Origin: Candidatus Zhuqueibacterota bacterium
Lineage (GTDB): Bacteria; Zhuqueibacterota; Zhuqueibacteria; Thermofontimicrobiales; Thermofontimicrobiaceae
Direction: 5' to 3'
Assembly: GCA_049322915.1 (NCBI GenBank)
Contig: JBMOPW010000014.1
Coordinates: 64,001 to 128,000 of the forward strand
Length of the DNA: 64,000 bases
The position numbers and the translations under genes were made by a program. The notes below the pieces were generated by a model, which was given only the letters and a program-made list of their open reading frames with translations, was not told the DNA's origin and made no database searches. This document shows positions 56,402 through 64,000 of the stretch, in pieces; positions within the stretch are counted from its first letter, which is position 1, and every line of letters starts with the position of its first letter.

Positions 56402-57511
56402 ATGGCAACACACATTCCATTTTTGGACTTGAAGGCGCAATATCAAAAAATCAAACATGAGGTCGATGAAGAAATTCAAAAGGTGGTCGAGAGCTGTGCC
56501 TTCATCAAGGGCCCGGCCACGCACGAATTTGTAAAAAACTTTGCCGCCTTTTGTCACGTCAACCACGGCGTTGGAGTGGGTAACGGGACAGACGCCATTT
56601 TCCTCGCCCTGCGGGCGCTGGACATTGGCCCGGGGCACGAAGTCATTACATCCCCGAACACGTTCATCGCCACGACCGAAGCGATTTCCCTCACCGGAGC
56701 GCGACCGGTATTTGTCGATATTCACCCGACCACCTACAATATCGATGTGTCCAAAATTGAAGAGAAAATTACAGAAAAAACCCGGGCTATTGTTGCCGTC
56801 CATCTGTTCGGACAGCCGGCCGATATGTCCCCAATCCTGGATATCGCCAAACGCCATAACCTGAAGGTGATCGAAGACTCAGCTCAGGCTCACGGCGCAA
56901 CTTACAAGGGAAGGCCCGTCGGCTGCTTTGGTCATGTCGCCTGCTTCAGCTTTTACCCTGGCAAAAATTTGGGCGCTTACGGCGATGGCGGCGCCGTGTT
57001 GACCAACGACGAGAATGTGGCGCGGAAAGTCGCCATGCTGGCCGATCATGGCAGCAGCAACAAATACGAACATGTCTTCGAAGGCGTCAACTCACGGCTG
57101 GATACCATTCAGGCGGCTGTGCTGAATGTGAAACTGAAGTATATCAACGAATGGAATGAACAGCGCCGGCAGAATGCCTATACCTACAACAAAATGTTGA
57201 GAGACGTGCCGGGCGTGGTCATCCCATCGGAATTGAAAGAGACAAAGCCTGTGTATCACCTCTACGTGATTCAGGTGGAACAGCGCGATAAAATGAGGGA
57301 ATTGCTGGCTGCGGACGGCGTCGCCACCGGCATTCACTATCCCACAGCGCTGCACCAACAGCCAGCGTATGCGCATCTGAAAAATCCGGAGGGAAGTTAC
57401 CCGGTGGCTGAAGCGGCGGTGGCCAGATACATCAGCCTGCCCATGTACCCGGAACTGACCGAATCGATGATTGACCATGTTTGTACGAGCATCAAAAAAC
57501 ATGTTGGATGA
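56402..57511 (+). CDS. DegT/DnrJ/EryC1/StrS sugar aminotransferase
   Basis: GGAGG RBS; NGTDA, EDSAQAHG, SFYPGKNLGAYGDGG, NSRLD. Confidence 0.95.
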   Translation: MATHIPFLDLKAQYQKIKHEVDEEIQKVVESCAFIKGPATHEFVKNFAAFCHVNHGVGVGNGTDAIFLALRALDIGPGHEVITSPNTFIATTEAISLTGARPVFVDIHPTTYNIDVSKIEEKITEKTRAIVAVHLFGQPADMSPILDIAKRHNLKVIEDSAQAHGATYKGRPVGCFGHVACFSFYPGKNLGAYGDGGAVLTNDENVARKVAMLADHGSSNKYEHVFEGVNSRLDTIQAAVLNVKLKYINEWNEQRRQNAYTYNKMLRDVPGVVIPSELKETKPVYHLYVIQVEQRDKMRELLAADGVATGIHYPTALHQQPAYAHLKNPEGSYPVAEAAVARYISLPMYPELTESMIDHVCTSIKKHVG

Positions 57512-59219
57512 GCGACAGGCCCGGCGATTCATTTTCGCGGCGCTGGTCGGCTGTTTCCTGATTGGCAATTCCGCAACGCTGTTTTCGCAGACGACGTTTG
57601 CGCCGCTCAATCACCGGGTGTACCATTTTCTGGAGCGACAGGAGTCAAAGCATGTATTTCGCCACGGCCTGTTGGGAACGAGGCCGCTCACGCGGATGCA
57701 GGTGGCCGGCTACCTGGCTGAAATTCATCAATGGCTGGAACGCGGGCATCAGCTTCATCCGGTCGAACAGAAACAATTAAATTTTCTCAACAATGAGTTT
57801 CAAGAGGAACTCAGTAAATTTTTGATTCATTCAATTGAATGCGAATCGAAAATAGGCAACCTTTTTAAAAACAGATATATTAAAAAATTTACACCCGATT
57901 TCGTCTATAGAAATCAAAGAAATATGCTGAGCTGGCGCGAGGAACACGTCCAGGTCTGGCTTGATCCCATTCTTGGACGTAGCGCGCGCTTCAGCACATC
58001 CGACACGTCGCAGGAGCAGCAACGAAATTTTTCAGCCACCAATGGCGCGCGACTGCGGGGTAGCATCGGCGAGCATGTGGGATTTTGGGTTGATGTCCGC
58101 GATACAAAGGAGTGGGGCACAACCGATTACCCGTTGGGCAATTACACGCTGCCCGGCCTGGGATTCGTTCGGGCCACGTCGCCGGAATACGTGTATCACG
58201 ATGAAACCGAAGCCTACGTGGCTTTCAATTATAAATATGTTGGACTGGTCTTTGGAAAATTCAAAAACGACTGGGGGCCGGCCTGTCGCGCCGGCCTGAT
58301 ACTTTCGGACAATGCCACTTCGTACGATCAGTTGCGGCTGGAATTGAACTTCGCCAGATTTCGTTTCACCAGCGTGTACGCGTTTCTGATTGATTACCAC
58401 AAAAACGAAATGGATATTTTGCAGGAGAAAAAATATCTCGCGGCGCACCGTCTCGAACTCGCGCCGTGGCGCTGGCTCAATGTGGGCCTGTCCGAAACAG
58501 TGATTTTCAAAGGCCGCAGTTACGAGCCGGCCTATCTCAATCCGATCATGTTCTTTCGAAGCGCCGAGCATTATCTGGGCAGCCCGGATAACATGATGCT
58601 GGGCCTGGACGCAACGCTGAACGTCATCCCGGCGCTCAAGCTGTACGGCGAGTTGCTGATTGATGACGTCACGACCACCCGGCTGGGAACCGAATGGTAC
58701 GGCAATAAATTGGCGTACATCGCCGGCATGTATCTTGTTGATCCTCTCCGGCTGCCCAATTCGGAATTCAGGATGGAGTACGCCCGGCTCCGGCCGTATC
58801 TGTACACGCACGATGGCGGGATCAACTATTCCCACTACGGCACCCAACTGGGCCACTGGCTCAGCCCCAATTCGGACGACCTGTATGTGGAATGGGGCTG
58901 GCAGGCCACGGCCTCGGCGCGGTACAGCGTGTTTGCGGATTTCCAGCGGCATGGCGCAAATCCGCAGGGCAGGAATGTCGGCGGAGACAGCGAGCAGAAT
59001 CACAGTGAGTCCGATGCGATTGATGCCGGGTTTTTGGATGGGGAGCTGGAAAAAAGTATCTGTTATGGTGTGACTCTTTCCTATGAAATAATTCAGGAAA
59101 TGATATTTCAGATAGCATTAGAAAATACAAGACATGATACAAGGGTTTCGAAAAAGCAAAATGTCAATGAAATTTTGGTAGCTTTGTCATTTAATTTTTC
59201 GGACGTTAAGTTTCGATGA
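57501..59219 (+). CDS. Outer-membrane capsule assembly Wzi-like protein
   Basis: Signal peptide; RPLTR; WGP...GLILSDNA; KYLAAHRLE; YLNPI; DNMMLGLD; YGELLIDD. Confidence 0.75.
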   Translation: MLDERQARRFIFAALVGCFLIGNSATLFSQTTFAPLNHRVYHFLERQESKHVFRHGLLGTRPLTRMQVAGYLAEIHQWLERGHQLHPVEQKQLNFLNNEFQEELSKFLIHSIECESKIGNLFKNRYIKKFTPDFVYRNQRNMLSWREEHVQVWLDPILGRSARFSTSDTSQEQQRNFSATNGARLRGSIGEHVGFWVDVRDTKEWGTTDYPLGNYTLPGLGFVRATSPEYVYHDETEAYVAFNYKYVGLVFGKFKNDWGPACRAGLILSDNATSYDQLRLELNFARFRFTSVYAFLIDYHKNEMDILQEKKYLAAHRLELAPWRWLNVGLSETVIFKGRSYEPAYLNPIMFFRSAEHYLGSPDNMMLGLDATLNVIPALKLYGELLIDDVTTTRLGTEWYGNKLAYIAGMYLVDPLRLPNSEFRMEYARLRPYLYTHDGGINYSHYGTQLGHWLSPNSDDLYVEWGWQATASARYSVFADFQRHGANPQGRNVGGDSEQNHSESDAIDAGFLDGELEKSICYGVTLSYEIIQEMIFQIALENTRHDTRVSKKQNVNEILVALSFNFSDVKFR

Positions 59220-59240
59220 ACGCAGAGTTAATTTTGACTT

Positions 59241-60728
59241 TTGCCTATTGAATTTAGGTCGTTTATGTCAGCATCGTGGCGGAGAATAAAAAGTTCTTTT
59301 ACATCAAAAGAACTGTACTTTAGCTTGATAATGTTATTAACATTAGTAGCGGTCGTGCTTAATTATTATGGTATATCATTTATCATAACGATAGGATTAC
59401 TATTAGTCCTTGCAATCATTTTGCTCGTTTTTAGATACCCCAAGTTAGGCCTGTATTTGTTAATATTTAACCTCCCGCTAAATAGATATATTCCAATATT
59501 CGGTGTAGATGGAGATAACTTTTCAGTCTCAGTGAATGAGTTATTATTGCTCTTGCTTCTTTCGTCTTTAATCTTAAATAAGCTTCTGATTGGAAAGCTT
59601 ACGTTTCCAAATTCTCGCTTGAATCGGCCAATCTTTCTGTTAATAGTTTTTAATGCATTAGGCTTAATGAGGGCATTTGCTGACCTGTCACAGTTTGACT
59701 ATTTAAAATGTTGGCTTTATTTCTTTTTGTGGGTCGAATATTTTTTAATTTATTTTTTAATTCTCGATTTAGTAAGCAAGAAACAGGAAGTGAAAACAAT
59801 ATTATTCCTGATGGTTTTCTCCGGGATAATAACCGTGATCTCTTCTCTGAATCAGCAGATTGAAGGAACCGCTTTGAGATCCATCGGCTACATTTCAGAA
59901 AGCGGAAAAACGAGCTATCGGTTGATTTCAGCATTCGGTTTTTTCTCGAATGATTATGGAGCTTATCTACAAATTATACTATCGATATTAATAAATTTAT
60001 ATTTCTATGTTCAACGAAAGAGAAGAAAATATATTTTGCTCCTGATTTTACCGACATTGTACACGCTGTTCTTTACCTTTTCGAGAAGCGCTACGATGGG
60101 AATACTGGTAATGATCATATTTCTGGCGCTGGTTCGAAAGGATCATGGAAAGACAATTTTCATTTCTTCGTTAACCGTTATCCTTGTCTCCTTTTTAATT
60201 TTGAATCCGGTATTTAAGCGGTGGAAAACCGATTCGTATGTAAAAAAAGGAGGTAAACTCGTTTTGATAAAAAATATCAGTGAACGGTTGGCGCAATGGG
60301 AAGCAGGAGTAGATGAGTTCATAAAACATCCTCTGATTGGAAGAGGTTTTCACACGTATCATTTCCGAGAAGTGGATTTCGAATCACACTTCGGCATACT
60401 CAAATATATTGGGCATGCACATAATGTGTATTTGAGATTATCGATAGAATCCGGGGTTTTCGGTTTAGCTTCCTTCATTGCACTGATTTATCTTGTTTAT
60501 AAGTATGGTTTTCAACTATTGAAATACAGGACTAACAAAGATTTCGAGTTGATAGTTTATATAGCACTCAGTTCATTTAGCGCTTTTCTGGTAGTGGCCA
60601 TGACTGAGAGCATTTTAACAGTTGGAAGAGTGACTGGACCTATCTTCACTCTCATTGGTCTTTTGGTTGTCATGTCAAGAATAGAGATTTCTCAGAATGA
60701 AAAATTGATCCACATGAAAACTATTTAG
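59241..60728 (+). CDS. O-antigen polymerase/ligase family (Wzy/WaaL)
   Basis: Multi-TM; TFSRS, ER...W......HPLIGRG, HAHNVYL....ESG.FG. Confidence 0.88.
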   Translation: MPIEFRSFMSASWRRIKSSFTSKELYFSLIMLLTLVAVVLNYYGISFIITIGLLLVLAIILLVFRYPKLGLYLLIFNLPLNRYIPIFGVDGDNFSVSVNELLLLLLLSSLILNKLLIGKLTFPNSRLNRPIFLLIVFNALGLMRAFADLSQFDYLKCWLYFFLWVEYFLIYFLILDLVSKKQEVKTILFLMVFSGIITVISSLNQQIEGTALRSIGYISESGKTSYRLISAFGFFSNDYGAYLQIILSILINLYFYVQRKRRKYILLLILPTLYTLFFTFSRSATMGILVMIIFLALVRKDHGKTIFISSLTVILVSFLILNPVFKRWKTDSYVKKGGKLVLIKNISERLAQWEAGVDEFIKHPLIGRGFHTYHFREVDFESHFGILKYIGHAHNVYLRLSIESGVFGLASFIALIYLVYKYGFQLLKYRTNKDFELIVYIALSSFSAFLVVAMTESILTVGRVTGPIFTLIGLLVVMSRIEISQNEKLIHMKTI

Positions 60729-60783
60729 AACCGCATCGGCGATGGCGAATTATTATAATGGTAGAATTCGAAATTATTAAAGG

Positions 60784-62316
60784 GTGGACCAGGTAGTGTC
60801 TCTTGCAGTTAGCGTTTCAAGAGCTTTTTTTTGGAATCATGCAAATAAAGTCGTGGGGTTCTTTCTCGATTTTGTTTTGTCGATTGTTCTTGCTCGAGGT
60901 TTGGGGACTCATGTCTATGGCGTTTATTCAGAGATTATCAATGTGACTGTTTTTTTTTCACTCATCTGCTCACTCGGCCTTGATACAGCATTAAATGTTT
61001 TTATACCGAAATACAGAGACAACCACGCAGAGTTATCCGCTCTGATAAAGAAGACGCTAGTTGCTTTTGCATTGATCGCCGTGTTGGTATGTTTGAGCAT
61101 CTATTTTTTTGGTCAGTTTATAAGCGATGTTATAAATTCTCCTGAAATCAAGAATCATCTTATTTTTGTTTCATCGTACATATTTTTCTACACTTTCGTT
61201 ATCATCGCTCAGTCAATTTTGTTGAGCATGTTTGATACGAAGTTCCTGTTTTATGCTAATACGCTCTATAAGTTATTTATCATCTTGGCGTCGTTTTTAT
61301 TAATTCGATATGGCTTAAATATCAGAGAGATTTTTATCGCTTTTATTTTATTGAGCGTTTTGGTAAGCATTGCTTATTTGATTAATTTCCAGAGATTCAT
61401 TCAGGCGAAGACTGCAATCATTGATGCTTACAATTATTTTAAATTTGGGATAATCATTCTATTCACGAAGTTCCTGAATTATGTATTAGGAAGATATTTC
61501 GACATTTTTTTACTTGGCTATTTCAGCGTGGAGAAGGAGCAGATAGGATTCTATAATATTGCTTTTTCCAATATATTAGCATTGTCTTTTATGTTTACTT
61601 CTGGGTTTACGGGAATTGCGCTATCGGCTTTTTCGGATCTTGCCATCAAGAAAAATTATTCAGGTGTTTCAAAAGGATGGATAACTTTAACCAAGATTTC
61701 AATTTTTTTCTGTCTGCCGATATTCCTGTTTGTATTGATTAATGCCAAAGCAATATTAGCCCTGGCATATTCGAATGCATTTGTCGGTTCGACTATTTTG
61801 CTCCAGGTTTTCGGAAGCTTGTTCTTGGTTTCAATCTTGTTAGGTAGTGGCGCAAATTCCACAGTTCTTTATTCGCTCAACAAAGAGAAAGTTGTTCTAA
61901 CGTTAAGAGCGATAATGGGAAGCGTAAATATTGTCCTGGATATTATTCTGATACCACATTATGAAGCTCTCGGGGCGGTCATTGCAACGGGTGTTTCCAC
62001 GGTGCTCATCATATTATCCGAGTACATTTTTTTAAAAAGAGAAATTAACTTAAACTACCCCAGGACATTCTTGATAAAAATGTTTGGCGCTTCTCTATTG
62101 GCAATGGGTGCAATAATTTTTGTACCGATTGCCGGTTTATTGGGATTGATGGCTAAGCTGGTCATTTCTTCGATAGTATTTATGGTTATCATTTATGTGC
62201 TAAAACCATTCTCTTACGAGGACTATGGAATCGCTGAAAAGGTGTTTGGAACCAATGCAAAATATTTAAAACCATTCATTATGCACGATGCAGAAGATTA
62301 TCATTTAGGCGATTGA
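60784..62316 (+). CDS. Polysaccharide flippase (Wzx)
   Basis: LARGLG..YGVY, D..LLG....IGFY..A, NIVLDIILIP.Y...GA.IAT; 12-14 TM. Confidence 0.88.
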   Translation: MDQVVSLAVSVSRAFFWNHANKVVGFFLDFVLSIVLARGLGTHVYGVYSEIINVTVFFSLICSLGLDTALNVFIPKYRDNHAELSALIKKTLVAFALIAVLVCLSIYFFGQFISDVINSPEIKNHLIFVSSYIFFYTFVIIAQSILLSMFDTKFLFYANTLYKLFIILASFLLIRYGLNIREIFIAFILLSVLVSIAYLINFQRFIQAKTAIIDAYNYFKFGIIILFTKFLNYVLGRYFDIFLLGYFSVEKEQIGFYNIAFSNILALSFMFTSGFTGIALSAFSDLAIKKNYSGVSKGWITLTKISIFFCLPIFLFVLINAKAILALAYSNAFVGSTILLQVFGSLFLVSILLGSGANSTVLYSLNKEKVVLTLRAIMGSVNIVLDIILIPHYEALGAVIATGVSTVLIILSEYIFLKREINLNYPRTFLIKMFGASLLAMGAIIFVPIAGLLGLMAKLVISSIVFMVIIYVLKPFSYEDYGIAEKVFGTNAKYLKPFIMHDAEDYHLGD

Positions 62317-62383
62317 ATGAAATGAACAAATTTTGATTCCTTCCCGGTCTTTCCAATAAGATTCAGAAATGGGTGTTTAAAAT

Positions 62384-63280
62384 ATGAATGCGAAGAAATT
62401 TGATATTGCTATTGCATATAGAGTGTATCCAAAGGTATCAAAAAGAACGTATGTTTTCCAATATGATAAATTCAAATTGGTAAAACTGTGTTTAAAGTCC
62501 TTTAAAAAATCTCTTGGTGATTTGAAAGTAAAATTATTCGTGTTATTGGATGGTTGCCCGGATGAATACGAAACACTGTTTCGATCACTCTTTAGTGAAG
62601 ATGAAATTAAGATATACAGATTTGATGGGATTGGTAATAAAGCGACTTTCGAAAAACAGATTGATATTCTTTTGAATCAAAATTTTTCAGATACAATTTA
62701 TTTTGCTGAAGATGATTATTTTTATCTTCCCGGTCAATTTAAAAATTTGCTCGAGTTTTTAAAAGGCTTGCCCGGAGGAGCTTTTATTTCTCCTTATGAT
62801 CATCCGGATTATTATTCTTTACTTTTTCATAGAAATAAACACAAAGTGCATGTAATAGAAAATCGTCATTGGAGAACGGCGAATTCGACATGCCTGACTT
62901 TTTTGACGACAAAAGATGTCTTATTAAAAACACAAAGCGTCTTTAGAACCTATGCACATAACAACTTCGATTCGAGTTTATGGTTGAGTCTTACAAAAAA
63001 TAACCTGTATAATCCCGTATTGATGGTGAGGTTTTTGGCGAGCGAGCCATTCTATTTGAAATCGATATATAAATCGTGGTTACACTGTTGGAGACAAATT
63101 CTCTTCGGTAGAAAATGGGATTTGTGGATTCCAATCCCGACAATTGCGACGCACATGGATGAAGTTTATTTATCGAATGGAATTAATTGGAAAACCATCA
63201 TCGATCCTGAAGTTGAAAAAATCGAAGCTGAGTATAAAAAATTATCATCAAACTTGAGTATTGGTGACTATTTATCATAA
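62384..63280 (+). CDS. GT-A fold glycosyltransferase-like protein
   Basis: LLDG, IGN..TF, IYFAEDDY (DxD-like), inside the polysaccharide locus. Confidence 0.65.
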   Translation: MNAKKFDIAIAYRVYPKVSKRTYVFQYDKFKLVKLCLKSFKKSLGDLKVKLFVLLDGCPDEYETLFRSLFSEDEIKIYRFDGIGNKATFEKQIDILLNQNFSDTIYFAEDDYFYLPGQFKNLLEFLKGLPGGAFISPYDHPDYYSLLFHRNKHKVHVIENRHWRTANSTCLTFLTTKDVLLKTQSVFRTYAHNNFDSSLWLSLTKNNLYNPVLMVRFLASEPFYLKSIYKSWLHCWRQILFGRKWDLWIPIPTIATHMDEVYLSNGINWKTIIDPEVEKIEAEYKKLSSNLSIGDYLS

Positions 63281-63456
63281 GACTGAAACATAAAATTTGT
63301 CCGTGATGCGCCGGTATTGGCAGTGCGTTTGAGTTTGAACGCCTTTTTCCAATGGTCTCTGGTTTCGTTATTCTCTACAGGCATGAAAATAGATGTGCCT
63401 GAAGCGAACCCGTCGAGTGGCCGAACAAGCGGCACTGACTTGAATGGATTTCTGAT

Positions 63457-64000
63457 ATGAACGAAATGGCTTCGCCCTCGGTAGCGATCATTATTTTGAA
63501 CTGGAACAACTGGCAGGATACAGTCGAATGCCTGGAATCGATTTCCCTGAACGATTATCTCAATTACCGGATCATCGTCGTCGATAACGGCTCTGCCGAC
63601 GATTCGGTGGCGCAGATTGGGCAGCGATTCAAATCCATTCAACTGCTGGAGACTGGAAAAAATCTTGGTTTTAGCGGCGGGGTCAATTTTGGCATCGAGC
63701 GGGCTAAGGCCACTGATTTGATTCTGCTTTTGAATAACGACACGCTGGTTGACCGCAGTTTTCTGACAGAACTGGTGCGGAAGATAGCCAGCGATCCGGC
63801 CATCGGTTTGGTCGGCGGAAAGATTTATCATTACGACAGCGAGCAGTGCCACGCCGGTTTTTCACGTTCGAACCAATGTAAAATCTGGTCCGCCGGCGGC
63901 GGCATTCATCAATTTACCAAGCGGACATTCCAGTACGGTGAGGGCAAAATCGACCGCGGCCAATGGGACAGGGAACGCGAGGTCGACTTCCTGTCCGGCT
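63457..64000 (+). CDS. GT2 glycosyltransferase (runs off the right edge)
   Basis: Own translation: MNEMASPSVAIIILNWN...VVDNGSADDS...NLGFSGGVNFG...LLLNNDT...VDFLSG. Confidence 0.9.
   Translation, partial: MNEMASPSVAIIILNWNNWQDTVECLESISLNDYLNYRIIVVDNGSADDSVAQIGQRFKSIQLLETGKNLGFSGGVNFGIERAKATDLILLLNNDTLVDRSFLTELVRKIASDPAIGLVGGKIYHYDSEQCHAGFSRSNQCKIWSAGGGIHQFTKRTFQYGEGKIDRGQWDREREVDFLSG

Noticed and set aside
58032..59003. 323-aa antisense ORF (and similar ones at 39671-40441, 30415-31104, 63268-63852)
   Set aside because: Shadow frames opposite well-supported genes, with no motifs of their own.
1..64000. CRISPR array, rRNA, tRNA, intact transposase, integrase or reverse transcriptase
   Set aside because: No regularly spaced direct repeats, cloverleafs or matching protein motifs were seen by eye.

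Overview
Bacterial chromosomal window, mostly core and envelope genes. FlgD/T9SS-type C-terminal sorting tails plus an MglA/MglB module suggest a KSB1/Calditrichota-like, FCB-related lineage (inference only). Left third: GH13 amylase, MFS-spermidine synthase-TPR fusion, MFS transporter, MglB-MglA-second roadblock trio, metallophosphoesterase, priA, S8 protease and an ABC-2 transporter. At 16.8-19.06 kb lies an integrase-less integron cassette remnant: a beta-propeller cassette, a canonical attC split at TTGT/TA by a 715-nt ORF-less group IIC-attC intron with a damaged domain V, and a decayed two-gene cassette. Middle: patatin, PPi-PFK, YtxH/DUF948, a DUF1318 lipoprotein followed by a 2824-aa PD40-TPR lipoprotein with one dead and one intact CHAT (caspase-like) domain, a broken PilM-PilN fusion with PilO/PilP-like genes, a histidine kinase and a Zn-ribbon response regulator. 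Right third: a sensor-less sigma54 activator, a secreted FN3/5xIg protein and a Wzx/Wzy polysaccharide locus with a cluster of MITE-like elements and an AT-rich swapped segment. A 6S-like long hairpin lies at about 1.3-1.47 kb. No CRISPR array, rRNA or tRNA was seen. All calls are motif recognition by eye; no database search was run.
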